This document shows, piece by piece, positions 39,668-49,638 of a stretch of DNA of 64,000 nucleotides; the stretch's first letter is position 1; each line of letters starts with the position of its first letter. The position numbers and the translations under genes are program-made. The DNA lies in sequence record OQ031492; one strand, 5' to 3'. This DNA comes from Escherichia phage MRostami-2023b. The notes below the pieces were generated by a model that did no database searches, was not told the DNA's origin, and saw only the letters and a list, made by a program, of their open reading frames with translations.

Positions 39668-39693
39668 CAAAAAAAGGCGCAAAGTGCGCCTTT
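39668..39693 (-). terminator. Rho-independent terminator
   Basis: ggcgca-aag-tgcgcc hairpin flanked by A8 (U-run on minus transcript). Confidence 0.75.
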
Positions 39694-39698
39694 AAGTT

Positions 39699-41087
39699 TT
39701 ATCGTTTGGAGAGGAATTGTCTTCCCATGATCTTACCGTTCTTTACAGCGGTCCCATCGTGTCCATTATAATCCCAAGTTCCATCAATGTTACGCAAGAA
39801 GCTATCACGAACAGTGTAGGCTTTACCGTTCTCTACTTTACTTTCTTCAACAATGATTGCCATAACAAGCTTATTTTCAATTTCGGTAGTAACCGATTCT
39901 TTAATACCCTCTGTAACTTCACGATCATATTGGATATAAACTCGCTCCTCGGTTACTTGCACATCAACCACATTTTTAAATGTGTATGTCTGTTGTGTAG
40001 TGTAGAGGACACGAACGACACTCTTCTTACCTACCGGAGGCTTCTTACGAGGCTTACGGTAACGTGGTTTAGGGTTGTTAGTTGGAAGCCAACCAACAAT
40101 ATCCCGATCATATCCAACATGACCCCAAGTGAAATGCGTAGCCGATCCACTATCCGTAGTTCCGTCACGAAAGAGAACTTCTACGTGACCACCACAAGGG
40201 CGGTGTCCACCATTATTATAGTTGTATTTTGCCGTGCGCGGGAGAATGAAGTATTCTTTAATCGCCCACTCTTCCAGATTGTCGATATTCCAAGTGAATA
40301 CTGTTCCCTTAGCAACATCTGTTTGACCATTGTTGAAGCGAACCTGCACGAAATCTTCTGAAGGCATAACACCTGTGTTCGGCAGATATTCAAATGCAGT
40401 ATCTTCCGCTACAAACTGTTCTTCCTCTTGCTCCTCAATACTTGGCACAGGCGCAGCTTCATCGTATTTCGCAGCAAACATATTTTTAAATTCTTGAGCC
40501 GTGACTTCTACAAGGCCGCGATCACCAGTAGCAGCAGAGTGTGGGCGTGGTAAATCCCCAACTTCAATATGCATTGCATCTAAGCCTGCTTGACGATCAA
40601 AGAAGATAACCTTGCGGAATTGTTTATCTTTATATTGTGGCAGTTCATACATACTTGGGTCGATTGTCTTCAAACGTTCAGCATCTTCTGGCTTCCAGAA
40701 GCTTTTACCTGTTGCAAATCTAAAGTCTACCAGTAGTTTAATAACATCTCCTAATGATAACCTATCTGCATCTACGAAAACGTCTTCGATTCCCAATAAC
40801 CCTGATTTCTTAAGAATCAGATCTAACATGTAACCTCCTGTGGTTTGTTCTGCGTCTGGATAACGATCAACACTGGTGCTGGTTACACCGTTTATTTCAC
40901 CAGTGGAGGCATTGTAGGAAATATATGGGAAGGTCATATCGTTCATTGCAAAATCACCTGAACAGGTTGGATCATCTTCTCCCTCCCAGCCATACACCTT
41001 CACAATACCTTCACACAATTTGTCATACACACCAGCGCGACGTGCTGCTTCAGCAACTTCCTGTTTACGGGCAAATTTATTAATCAT
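39699..41087 (-). CDS. Large hypothetical protein
   Basis: Start set at MINKFARK after AGGAGG RBS; ~462 aa. Confidence 0.45.
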   Translation of the reverse strand: MINKFARKQEVAEAARRAGVYDKLCEGIVKVYGWEGEDDPTCSGDFAMNDMTFPYISYNASTGEINGVTSTSVDRYPDAEQTTGGYMLDLILKKSGLLGIEDVFVDADRLSLGDVIKLLVDFRFATGKSFWKPEDAERLKTIDPSMYELPQYKDKQFRKVIFFDRQAGLDAMHIEVGDLPRPHSAATGDRGLVEVTAQEFKNMFAAKYDEAAPVPSIEEQEEEQFVAEDTAFEYLPNTGVMPSEDFVQVRFNNGQTDVAKGTVFTWNIDNLEEWAIKEYFILPRTAKYNYNNGGHRPCGGHVEVLFRDGTTDSGSATHFTWGHVGYDRDIVGWLPTNNPKPRYRKPRKKPPVGKKSVVRVLYTTQQTYTFKNVVDVQVTEERVYIQYDREVTEGIKESVTTEIENKLVMAIIVEESKVENGKAYTVRDSFLRNIDGTWDYNGHDGTAVKNGKIMGRQFLSKR

Positions 41088-41637
41088 GATTCCTCCTGTT
41101 AATTGCCATAGATGCACGAGGTTCGGCTATGGCTGTTGCATAAATATATGGATGACCTTGTGGGGACAATCTTGTTCCGAATGACCCTAATTCTAAACCA
41201 TTCATGTCTTCCACGTCAAGCCCTATTTCTGTTTCTACAATTCTTGTTTGGACTTTGTAGTAGGTCCAGAAGAAGTATCGCATTTCTTCGGCATACTCTT
41301 TCACTTCACCAAAGCTGGGATAGAACTCAATCAACTCCAGCTTCAAGAAGATGTTGAAGTGAGAATCATCCAACACTTCCTCTGTGCGGTAACATGGTGT
41401 CAGGGCCATGTAGGGATGACCAGCGATAAACTCGTAGCCATCCTTTTCCATTTGCAAGAATGATTGCTCGGCACTGGCAACATAAAACTTCCCATTAGGA
41501 TGCCCCAAAGGAGCATCTTCTTTGCCAGGTGGCAGTGTGAATGCCAAAATATCTGCATCCACTAAATAAGGAACATCTAACATTTCAGCAAAGCGTCCAT
41601 AACTCTGGATGGCTTCGGCAATCACACCTGTGTTCAT
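41080..41637 (-). CDS. Hypothetical protein
   Basis: 185 aa ORF. Confidence 0.4.
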   Translation of the reverse strand: MNTGVIAEAIQSYGRFAEMLDVPYLVDADILAFTLPPGKEDAPLGHPNGKFYVASAEQSFLQMEKDGYEFIAGHPYMALTPCYRTEEVLDDSHFNIFLKLELIEFYPSFGEVKEYAEEMRYFFWTYYKVQTRIVETEIGLDVEDMNGLELGSFGTRLSPQGHPYIYATAIAEPRASMAINRRNHD

Positions 41638-41885
41638 GACCTTCCTCCTGTGCGAAACGCACGTTTAGTAATGTTGGACATAATGATTAAATCTTGTAAA
41701 GTCATATCTGGGAACTGTTGTTCTAAAACTCCCTCAACAGCACCTATAATATCCGATAATTCAACAAGTTGCATTATTTTGCAATCCTGTTCAACAGCAT
41801 CAAAAAGTTCTTCTACTTCCTCTTTAATCTTTTCTATGCTGCCATAAGGTTGTTTCTTAATGTCTGTTATGTGATACCCCGCCAT
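41634..41885 (-). CDS. MazG-like nucleotide pyrophosphohydrolase (all-alpha NTP-PPase)
   Basis: 83 aa; EKIKEEVEELFDAVE…ELSDIIGAVEGVLEQ resembles EExxE / ELxDxL MazG motifs. Confidence 0.4.
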   Translation of the reverse strand: MAGYHITDIKKQPYGSIEKIKEEVEELFDAVEQDCKIMQLVELSDIIGAVEGVLEQQFPDMTLQDLIIMSNITKRAFRTGGRS

Positions 41886-43478
41886 TTAACGATCCTCTCT
41901 GATTTGATTAATCTTACGAGCAAGGGCAGCTATAAGCTTATCTTCTTCGGATACAGGAGCCGTGCTCTTACCTAAACGATGCATGTCTAGAATCTCTTGA
42001 ACAGTCCGGTTCCATTGTAGACATTTAATACAACGTGTATGTGCAACATACAGAAGATTTCGTTCTGATTCTTCAAGACCTACCCATTCACCCTTCTTAT
42101 CATAATTAGAAGGGAAGTCATTTGCAACAATAACCTGATCCCATTCCAAACCTTTTGATTTGTGGGCTGTAGTTAAAGTAACTTTAGCCGTTGGAGAGTT
42201 ACGGTGCATACGTAAAGTGTATGCAATATTATTAGCTTTACCAGAAACAACAATGTTTAAAAGTCGTTTTGCATCAGGATCTGATTCTGCACACTCTACA
42301 AATTCTTCCCAAGAAGTGTAAGGGAGAACTGTCTCATGCTTAACTTTGTCCAAATCACCTCTACGTAAAGCATTAACACTATCAACCATAGAAATGAAAT
42401 CTTTGGTATCTACGTTAATAATAATCTCTTCTCCGTTAGCGATTCGGTCCATAGCTTCGAGCAACAGAGTCAAATTCTTACGGAAAATAATGGTGTAAGG
42501 TTTACTATAATCTACCACATCAGAATGAAAACTTCCAGTGACAGTATCATAACCTTTGCCTACCAGCGGATGCTTCAGAGGTGAACGATCAGAAAGGATC
42601 GCATTAGCAATGTCCGCAACTTTAGGACCAAAACGAAAACAAGCTGTCAGAGGCAACTCAACCCCATATGTAGCTGTTTGCTTCATCATGTTCTGGCTTC
42701 CACGGAACTGATAAATACTCTGAAATTCATCACCCACAACAACAATACGTTTAGCCGATTTAGCATTACGAAGGATAGACAGGAATGCAGGGTTAACATC
42801 CTGGAATTCATCTCCAAAAATAATATCGTATCCTAAATCTTCTTTGCTCAATTCAAAGAGTTTCACATAGGTGTCATGAGTCATAATGGTTTCTGATTTA
42901 GGATCAATACGCTCACGCCAAAGTTGCTTCGCATATTTAACAACTTCGTTAATAAGTTTTTGTTCGTTGATGTTTTTACGTTTTAGGTCTGACATGTGCA
43001 CTTTAGGAAAATGTTTATGTCCGATATGTTCATCGTCAGAAAACTCATATTTAGCTAAAGTTTGTTTTACCATTAACCCGATCATTGCACGAGTCAGTAG
43101 CACTTTACCATTCTTATCGATCAAGTTCTGAATCTTGAATTTCTTGGCAATCTCACTACCAGTTCCAGCTACGTTAACATATTGACCTTCTGGACGAGAT
43201 AATTTGTGTCGAAGGTTTTGTGGAAGACGCTGGTAACAGATAGAATGTAGCGTTCGGCACATAACATTAGGCGGCATTTTACGTCGAGCTTCCTCTGCCA
43301 TACTTTTGTTAAATGCCAAGTATAGAATACTATCATTTGTGCCATTAGCCAACATATACAGTGTTGACGTTTTACCTGATCCAGATTTAGCTTGAATTGT
43401 AACGAAACGATTTTCTTTATACCCGCTTTCAATAGCGTATTGTTCCTCGGTAGGTGTAAAACTCAATTGTGTAGACAC
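41886..43478 (-). CDS. UvrD/Rep-type SF1 DNA helicase
   Basis: Walker A AKSGSGKT; motif III VVVGDEFQSIYQFRG; motif VI TAHKSKGLEWDQV. Confidence 0.75.
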   Translation of the reverse strand: MSTQLSFTPTEEQYAIESGYKENRFVTIQAKSGSGKTSTLYMLANGTNDSILYLAFNKSMAEEARRKMPPNVMCRTLHSICYQRLPQNLRHKLSRPEGQYVNVAGTGSEIAKKFKIQNLIDKNGKVLLTRAMIGLMVKQTLAKYEFSDDEHIGHKHFPKVHMSDLKRKNINEQKLINEVVKYAKQLWRERIDPKSETIMTHDTYVKLFELSKEDLGYDIIFGDEFQDVNPAFLSILRNAKSAKRIVVVGDEFQSIYQFRGSQNMMKQTATYGVELPLTACFRFGPKVADIANAILSDRSPLKHPLVGKGYDTVTGSFHSDVVDYSKPYTIIFRKNLTLLLEAMDRIANGEEIIINVDTKDFISMVDSVNALRRGDLDKVKHETVLPYTSWEEFVECAESDPDAKRLLNIVVSGKANNIAYTLRMHRNSPTAKVTLTTAHKSKGLEWDQVIVANDFPSNYDKKGEWVGLEESERNLLYVAHTRCIKCLQWNRTVQEILDMHRLGKSTAPVSEEDKLIAALARKINQIREDR

Positions 43479-43492
43479 GTATTTCTCCTCTC

Positions 43493-44008
43493 TTAATAAA
43501 AACTCTTGACAATCCTCATCATTTCCTTAGCTCTGCTGGCATAAGGTTCTTTTAGATTAGGTGGCAAATGTGCATTAATGTACCCCATTTGTTTTTCCCA
43601 TGTCCACTTATCTTTAAATCTTGGCATGGTGTCTCCTGCTAAACTGTTTTCTTTTCGTGTTTGAATAATCCAATTGCATGGAAAATGCACACCACCCTTA
43701 CGGAAGGGAATATAATGTCCCAATGTGAATGCCTTATTGTTCTTTAAACGTCCAGCTAAATTAAGATTAACAATAAGACTACGAAACACGTAGTATTGAT
43801 AAAGATTGTCAACAGTATATACAGAGTAGTATGCTCTAAGTGCATTATCTCTACTAAGATTACCAACATCCAAACTGCACCAGTTTAAATTACTTGGATC
43901 GTAGTTGTGATTATCAATCCATTCTTCTCTTTCCTCAAATTCTGCATTAACAGCAGACTGCCCTGCTGTAGATACAAAAAGAGAATTTGCATCAAAGAAC
44001 ATACTCAC
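43493..44008 (-). CDS. Hypothetical protein (possible degenerate HNH-like segment)
   Basis: 171 aa; GHYIPFRKGGVHFPCNW; weak. Confidence 0.35.
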   Translation of the reverse strand: MSMFFDANSLFVSTAGQSAVNAEFEEREEWIDNHNYDPSNLNWCSLDVGNLSRDNALRAYYSVYTVDNLYQYYVFRSLIVNLNLAGRLKNNKAFTLGHYIPFRKGGVHFPCNWIIQTRKENSLAGDTMPRFKDKWTWEKQMGYINAHLPPNLKEPYASRAKEMMRIVKSFY

Positions 44009-44015
44009 TCCCCCT

Positions 44016-44426
44016 TTAGTTTACATCGTTTAGAGCATTACCAATCTTTAAGATAATAACATCATTAAGAGCTTCTTCTCCATTAAGGCCAGAGAAAGCA
44101 GGAGTAACGAAAGTTACCATATAATAATGGTCTTCTTGTAGAATTGCGATAACGCCGTCTAGTTTAACATCTCCTGTGAAACGAAAAACTTTCAACTTTT
44201 GTTCTAAAGGAAGATCTCCTTCAACATTTAAAACCATATCTCCGACACCAAACTTTTCTGCCCCGATGTAGATGTAAGCTTGGTCCTCTTTTTTATGATA
44301 ATACAGTGTTGCTTGTTTGTCTTGTAGTGTTGTGATACCAAACACATCTACATCAATAATATTTTTCAAAAATTCTCCTCCCAAATCCAATAATTGTCTA
44401 CATAAGTAGGATGCTTTTTGTCCCAC
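44016..44426 (-). CDS. Hypothetical protein
   Basis: 136 aa ORF (start uncertain). Confidence 0.3.
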   Translation of the reverse strand: MGQKASYLCRQLLDLGGEFLKNIIDVDVFGITTLQDKQATLYYHKKEDQAYIYIGAEKFGVGDMVLNVEGDLPLEQKLKVFRFTGDVKLDGVIAILQEDHYYMVTFVTPAFSGLNGEEALNDVIILKIGNALNDVN

Positions 44427-44734
44427 TCTTTTCTAGCCCAAGCTACGGCTGCTACCAATACATCTCCATGACAAGGTTGAGGTGAGCAGAAGCAAACTAA
44501 ATCTTTCCCTTCTAACTCTAATAAATCTTCAAGAGTGATCTTACCACAACGAATTTGCTCCCACAACCACTCTTTATACCTTTTTATGGTTGATCCTCGT
44601 GGTTCATCATCTTTTAACTTAAAAGGATTTGCAAACTTAGAGGCTTTTAGTCCCATATGTGGCATTGCTCTACCAATATAAACAGCACCCTCTGGGATTG
44701 TTTTGCCTAAATGGTAAAAGTTTAATACCTTCAT
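44366..44734 (-). CDS. Hypothetical protein (Cys/His-containing, DUF4326-like)
   Basis: 122 aa; CFCSPQPCHGDVL motif. Confidence 0.35.
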   Translation of the reverse strand: MKVLNFYHLGKTIPEGAVYIGRAMPHMGLKASKFANPFKLKDDEPRGSTIKRYKEWLWEQIRCGKITLEDLLELEGKDLVCFCSPQPCHGDVLVAAVAWARKEWDKKHPTYVDNYWIWEENF

Positions 44735-44735
44735 A

Positions 44736-45098
44736 TTAACCTAAACACATACGTGCGATCAGACCCTGGATGAGTTTATCTGCTTCTTCGCGATCATAGT
44801 CGGTATCTTCTATACCACCATCTTCGTCACGATAAACTTTACCTTCCAGGTACCCAGCATCGATCAAACCAATAATCAAATCGAACTGCCAGCAAGAGTT
44901 ACCGAAAGGGCGTTTTCCACTGAAGCTATCTTCTTCTTCCCAAAGCGTAGAGAGCAGTCGTCTGAAATATTCACGCACAGTAACAGTGCCAAGATCATCG
45001 TCTTCAAAAACAACATCTAAAGCATCTGGTTCAGCTTTCTCTACAACAGGCACATAACGTTGACCATTAATAACAACATCTACGATTGTTTCTCTCAT
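44736..45098 (-). CDS. Hypothetical acidic protein
   Basis: 120 aa ORF. Confidence 0.4.
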   Translation of the reverse strand: MRETIVDVVINGQRYVPVVEKAEPDALDVVFEDDDLGTVTVREYFRRLLSTLWEEEDSFSGKRPFGNSCWQFDLIIGLIDAGYLEGKVYRDEDGGIEDTDYDREEADKLIQGLIARMCLG

Positions 45099-45454
45099 TT
45101 TTCCTCCTTTTTGTATTCAATGAACATATCTGCATAGTAAGCTTTACGTTCTTCAAATTTAGCAGGGTTTACCACAATGAAAANNNNNNNNNNNNNNNNN
45201 NNNNNNNNNNNNNNNNNNNNNNNNNNNNNNNNNNNNNNNNNNNNNNNNNNNNNNNNNNNNNNNNNNNNNNNNNNNNNNNNNNNNNNNNNNNNNNNNNNNN
45301 NNNNNNNNNNNNNNNNNNNNNNNNNNNNNNNNNNNNNNNNNNNNNNNNNNNNNNNNNNNNNNNNNNNNNNNNNNNNNNNNNNNNNNNNNNNNNNNNNNNN
45401 NNNNNNNNNNNNNNNNNNNNNNNNNNNNNNNNNNNNNNNNNNNNCTTTGCTCAT
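45095..45454 (-). CDS. Hypothetical protein, mostly masked by N
   Basis: Only termini readable. Confidence 0.25.
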   Translation of the reverse strand: MSKXXXXXXXXXXXXXXXXXXXXXXXXXXXXXXXXXXXXXXXXXXXXXXXXXXXXXXXXXXXXXXXXXXXXXXXXXXXXXXXXXXXXXXXXFIVVNPAKFEERKAYYADMFIEYKKEEK

Positions 45455-45762
45455 TACATCTCCTCGTCGGACTTCAAGGCTTTAGAGAATACTACGTTAA
45501 ACGTTTCACCGCAACCATTATTAACATAATACATGATGTAATTGTCATCTTCGTCTACAGGCGCACGATACTCCAGTTCATAACTGTATAAATTAGAATT
45601 ACTTGTGCAACCTTGTGGATACCAAAAGTAGAGTTCATCCCCAGATTCTACCCATTTAAGACCAGTCCGATCTTCAAATACTAATGTAGATGGATTTTCT
45701 GAATCTTTTACAGCTTCTTCGTAATACTGGTGCACCGTAACTGCTAATGATAATGTACTCAT
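45454..45762 (-). CDS. Hypothetical protein
   Basis: ATG start one codon inside the listed GTG start. Confidence 0.4.
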   Translation of the reverse strand: MSTLSLAVTVHQYYEEAVKDSENPSTLVFEDRTGLKWVESGDELYFWYPQGCTSNSNLYSYELEYRAPVDEDDNYIMYYVNNGCGETFNVVFSKALKSDEEM

Positions 45763-45935
45763 CACGCCTCCAAATAGTGTTTACAAATGACAAAACGCCA
45801 TGTTTGTTTATAATAGTCTCTTTTTTCAAGAGCCTCTTTGTAAGAGGGTATACGTTGCGACAGAAGCATCCATTCACAATCTGCACCCATTCTTCCATAA
45901 AGCGCGTAACGGATGTTACTTTGTTTATCTCCCAT
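45762..45935 (-). CDS. Hypothetical small protein (not in ORF table)
   Basis: 57 aa MGDKQSNIRYALYGRMGADCEWMLLSQ… with AAGGAGG RBS. Confidence 0.35.
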   Translation of the reverse strand: MGDKQSNIRYALYGRMGADCEWMLLSQRIPSYKEALEKRDYYKQTWRFVICKHYLEA

Positions 45936-45978
45936 AAACGCCTCCTTAATCTTGTTTACAAGTATACCCTCTAATTAG

Positions 45979-46176
45979 TTACACTTTTTCCCAAGTACCA
46001 AAAGCACAGGAAGGGTAGATTCCAACTTGAGGGTTTCCGTTATCATCTTTGAAAGTAAAACTGTTGTTGTCTTTATCAAGAACTGTAGAATAAATCTTAC
46101 CAACAGTAACGCAGTTGGAAGCTTGACCCAGTTCAGTGAGAGTAAGACATTTCATTTTCTGTTTCTTTGTAGCCAT
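45979..46176 (-). CDS. Hypothetical small protein
   Basis: 65 aa ORF. Confidence 0.3.
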   Translation of the reverse strand: MATKKQKMKCLTLTELGQASNCVTVGKIYSTVLDKDNNSFTFKDDNGNPQVGIYPSCAFGTWEKV

Positions 46177-46258
46177 TTATAAAATCTCCTTAGTAAGTGA
46201 ATCTTTATTCTACACAAAGAGCTTTGCACATGTCAAGTAACTCTTTGTCAGATTAGTC

Positions 46259-46528
46259 TTAATGATTGGTGATGTTGATGACAATCTTAGTTTCAACCTT
46301 AGCCCAACAGTAATCTGCTTCATTAAAACGACTAGTCACAATGTATTCTCCTGCACGAGAACCTGTTAAGCACACTGCACCTGTATCTGTAGCTAAGTAG
46401 TAGTCCCGTTCTTGTTCACTTACTTCTGAATCGTAGTAGTAGAAAACAGACATAGGTTCAATTTCAGATAAACGGTATAACTTTGGAACAGGGGATTTCT
46501 CGATAAACTCAACAGAAGTTTTACTCAT
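46259..46528 (-). CDS. Hypothetical protein
   Basis: 89 aa ORF. Confidence 0.35.
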   Translation of the reverse strand: MSKTSVEFIEKSPVPKLYRLSEIEPMSVFYYYDSEVSEQERDYYLATDTGAVCLTGSRAGEYIVTSRFNEADYCWAKVETKIVINITNH

Positions 46529-46761
46529 TTGTTTTCTCCTAGATCTAAACTAATTAAGAAGTCACGAAGGATGATCATTTGTTCTGTAGACAATGATAAT
46601 ACACCTTCTCCATAAATATCACCAGACCATTCAGCAGTTAGATCTAGTGTACCAGTACCAGGAAACCAATCAACAGTGATCTGATTACCATTAGAGTCAG
46701 GTAGTATTTCACTGACTAACATAACACACTCTCCTATTATTGTTCTTGATCTTACGATCAT
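46525..46761 (-). CDS. Hypothetical protein
   Basis: 78 aa ORF, ATGA overlap with downstream gene. Confidence 0.35.
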   Translation of the reverse strand: MIVRSRTIIGECVMLVSEILPDSNGNQITVDWFPGTGTLDLTAEWSGDIYGEGVLSLSTEQMIILRDFLISLDLGENK

Positions 46762-46898
46762 CTACCGATAAGAACAAGTACTTAAATCTCTGTTCTTCGA
46801 ACATCTAACGATAGAGATTAATCTATTACATAATCTATACTCGCTATCGCTCGACCCTTCGGGGTTAGGGTAGCATATTTTTTGAAAAAAGTCAACAC

Positions 46899-47249
46899 TT
46901 ATTTTTTGGTAAGTAGATAAATCAATTGTTCACCTGCTTCTGGTGCATATAGTGTTTTAGTATCGAAGTCAAAGAAGTGAGTGACTCCTGTTACTTTGGA
47001 TGCATGAATAGATAATCGTGCAAGCTTAAGCAGATTATCCATTTCCGCAATCTTTGCACGAAATACTGCACGTGTAGCGTCAAAAGCTGCATGTGGCATG
47101 TATTTACGATTTAGACTACTACGTTTAAATTTACGATAATCTGCAATGATCCTGTTACGTTCTTTGTTCAAGTGCTTTACCAGTGCAGTATATACATGTG
47201 GTTCTTTGTTAGCCATTGTTAATCTCCTCTTCATATGTTGGTAGTGCAT
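46899..47249 (-). CDS. Hypothetical basic protein
   Basis: 116 aa ORF. Confidence 0.35.
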   Translation of the reverse strand: MHYQHMKRRLTMANKEPHVYTALVKHLNKERNRIIADYRKFKRSSLNRKYMPHAAFDATRAVFRAKIAEMDNLLKLARLSIHASKVTGVTHFFDFDTKTLYAPEAGEQLIYLLTKK

Positions 47250-47421
47250 GGTATGCTATCACAGGTGCCAAGTCAAAATAAAAATGACCATTGATAACAG
47301 CTATCGTGCCATTGCGTGTTTTGTTAACTTCACAGAATCCCTTCTTGCCGTTTGCCATGATTACAAGCCACTCTCCGATAGGAACATCCTCGGTACCAGA
47401 TACTTTAATCCATCCACTCAC
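47209..47421 (-). CDS. Hypothetical protein
   Basis: 70 aa ORF. Confidence 0.3.
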   Translation of the reverse strand: MSGWIKVSGTEDVPIGEWLVIMANGKKGFCEVNKTRNGTIAVINGHFYFDLAPVIAYHALPTYEEEINNG

Positions 47422-47678
47422 TTTACTTCCCCTTTGTAATCGGACACTATACCAGGTCTTACTTTTGCCTTAAGATGTTTCAACTCTGCCATAGGAGTTG
47501 CTACTTGTATAAGGTTAATAATTTCAACCTCGTAGATAGTATACTCATAACCCGCATACTTCCCGATGGAATGCAGGTATTTGATAGCATGTTCAGGTGA
47601 ATCTGCTTCAACATACCCCAAATCTTTTGTAGTGCGGCCTTCACAGTCGCCTTCTGTAGTTACGTGATAAAGTGTCAT
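47418..47678 (-). CDS. Hypothetical protein
   Basis: 86 aa ORF. Confidence 0.35.
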   Translation of the reverse strand: MTLYHVTTEGDCEGRTTKDLGYVEADSPEHAIKYLHSIGKYAGYEYTIYEVEIINLIQVATPMAELKHLKAKVRPGIVSDYKGEVK

Positions 47679-47998
47679 AAAACCTCCTCCTTGTTGGCTG
47701 CTTCAATCATAGCGTTAAGAGTCTCCATACCACTTTCAACTGCTTGAGCAATCTCTTGGAACACAGTTTTCTTAAAGATGTATAAAGATCCTGCCTGTAA
47801 GCGTTGCACACAGCATAAGATGGTTTGGTGATCCATAACAAAATCACCATAAGCACAATCAATTTTCCCTGTGATTNNNNNNNNNNNNNNNNNNNNNNNN
47901 NNNNNNNNNNNNNNNNNNNNNNNNNNNNNNNNNNNNNNNNNNNNNNNNNNNNNNNNNNNNNNNNNNNNAATTGACACGCTAAACAGACTGTTTGACAT
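47675..47998 (-). CDS. Hypothetical protein (92 N inside)
   Basis: 107 codons incl. masked part. Confidence 0.3.
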   Translation of the reverse strand: MSNSLFSVSIXXXXXXXXXXXXXXXXXXXXXXXXXXXXXXXITGKIDCAYGDFVMDHQTILCCVQRLQAGSLYIFKKTVFQEIAQAVESGMETLNAMIEAANKEEVL

Positions 47999-48144
47999 TA
48001 AACCTCCTCATAGTAAGGTAAAGCCTTGATCAGTTGTTCTGAAGTGCCATTTTGCACCCACGTAACACCCTTGTCAAGAGAAACATACCCTTTCTTATTG
48101 ATAAATTTACGGAGACAACCAGTGAACTTGTTTTTGTAGATCAT
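47998..48144 (-). CDS. Hypothetical small protein (not in ORF table)
   Basis: 48 aa MIYKNKFTGCLRKFINKKGYVSLDKGVTWVQNG…; TAATG and ATGA overlaps. Confidence 0.3.
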   Translation of the reverse strand: MIYKNKFTGCLRKFINKKGYVSLDKGVTWVQNGTSEQLIKALPYYEEV

Positions 48145-48575
48145 TTCTTCTTTCCTTTCTTTAATTTGTTGTGACCTTTACCCTTATAAAGCTTGTGATT
48201 ACGAGCAGACGGGTTATTTTGGTTCTCCAGTCGGCTAACAGGTGTATTCCAAAGGTTTCCTGCTACAAAAGATGCTGCCACAAGTTCTTCCAGGTATACA
48301 AAATCCAAAGCAGGTATCTTTGTTTCCCTCCTCTCGTGTTCTACATTAGACAACACACCTTCTTCCTTACTGTCTTCTTTTTCAATTACAGACCAACCCT
48401 CTTCCTGCCAAGCTTCCCCTCTGAACCAAGTTTCCATGTTATAACCTTGTTCGTCGAGAATAACACCATCTCGCATTTCAAACCATTCGCCACCACAAAA
48501 ATGGCGGTGCTCAACACGTCTACCTTCCTTCATTGCTTCTTTAGCTTCGGGCCAAGTCAGTTTGATGTTTTGCAT
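48141..48575 (-). CDS. DUF2829-like protein with Lys-rich C-terminal tail
   Basis: N-terminal LTWPEAKEAMKEGRRVEHRHFCGGEWF resembles FxEAlxalKxGKRVxRxxW motif of DUF2829 phage proteins. Confidence 0.4.
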   Translation of the reverse strand: MQNIKLTWPEAKEAMKEGRRVEHRHFCGGEWFEMRDGVILDEQGYNMETWFRGEAWQEEGWSVIEKEDSKEEGVLSNVEHERRETKIPALDFVYLEELVAASFVAGNLWNTPVSRLENQNNPSARNHKLYKGKGHNKLKKGKKK

Positions 48576-48689
48576 TTGTTTTCTCCTTTTGTTTGGTAGG
48601 AGTTGATCTTAACAAGATTAAAAAGTATGTCAATACTTGATCTGAAATTATTTTCAGGTATCATGTATGAACATTAACAAGAGAGGTAG

Positions 48690-48983
48690 ATGATGAACAT
48701 TACTTTAGCAACTAAGAATATTTCTGAAACAATTAACGGTTTTGGTGTGATTGTAGCCTTGCACGGTAACAATGAGAAATGGTTGGCTTCTTTTGAAGAG
48801 GATCGTCAACACAACATTATTTTAGATGCTCCTATAAAAGTTATGCATATCGTTGGTGAAAGCAAAGTGCTTACTTCCTCCCGTTCAAAAGAACAAATTA
48901 CAAATGAATTAGTAAAACTGCTTGACAATGTTCTTAACATGTTTGATAATGCACCCATCGACACAAAACGTGTCTTAATGTGA
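48690..48983 (+). CDS. Hypothetical protein
   Basis: 97 aa, first gene of plus-strand block. Confidence 0.4.
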   Translation: MMNITLATKNISETINGFGVIVALHGNNEKWLASFEEDRQHNIILDAPIKVMHIVGESKVLTSSRSKEQITNELVKLLDNVLNMFDNAPIDTKRVLM

Positions 48984-48995
48984 AAGGAGAACCAA

Positions 48996-49283
48996 ATGTA
49001 TTATTCACAAGACGAAGTAGCAAACATTAAACTGGCAGTTGGCGATCTTATTGTGTCACCTAACTACTATTGGGATAACACAGATTTGGTTGAAGTAGTA
49101 ACCTATGTTGGAGTTGAAGGTATTGTGCTCTACACACTAGGTGGAGGTGTTGTTGGGGAAATGGAACGTTATACGACAACGAAGAAACTGGTAAGCTCTT
49201 ATCACATGTTTTTACACCAAGGTTCGGAAGAGTATACAGCTTTCTTGTTGAAATTAGATGCAGATCGGGAGAAGGCACGATGA
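48996..49283 (+). CDS. Hypothetical protein
   Basis: 95 aa, RBS aaaggaga. Confidence 0.4.
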   Translation: MYYSQDEVANIKLAVGDLIVSPNYYWDNTDLVEVVTYVGVEGIVLYTLGGGVVGEMERYTTTKKLVSSYHMFLHQGSEEYTAFLLKLDADREKAR

Positions 49284-49636
49284 AAATTGTACACGATGAA
49301 ATTCAAATAGAAGAAAGTGACCTGATGGATTTGGATGCAGCTTTGGGGAAGGTAATCTATGCAGGAATTAAAGCCTTCCGTGAGAAGGCAAACAATAGCA
49401 CGTTTGTCATGATCCCCACTAAACTGATGCGTGTTTTGTATCCAAATAGAAGTGCGCCGTATACAGATGAAGAAGAGGAGACAGGTAGAAGAGAGTGGTT
49501 AAATATTTTAGAAAAGATGGAGAATGCTTTTATTGATAGTGGTAATCCAGAAATCGTGTATGCTGAAGATCAAAGGAAGGCACGATTAGAAGGCCGTCTT
49601 TTATTCGCTAGTTATTTTGATAATCTTTGGAGCTAA
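49280..49636 (+). CDS. Hypothetical protein
   Basis: 118 aa, ATGA overlap. Confidence 0.4.
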   Translation: MKIVHDEIQIEESDLMDLDAALGKVIYAGIKAFREKANNSTFVMIPTKLMRVLYPNRSAPYTDEEEETGRREWLNILEKMENAFIDSGNPEIVYAEDQRKARLEGRLLFASYFDNLWS

Positions 49637-49638
49637 AT

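Noticed and set aside
45674-45898. 74 aa ORF overlapping the 45454-45762 gene
   Set aside because: Replaced by a 57 aa ORF (45762-45935) with a strong RBS that fits stop/start coupling.
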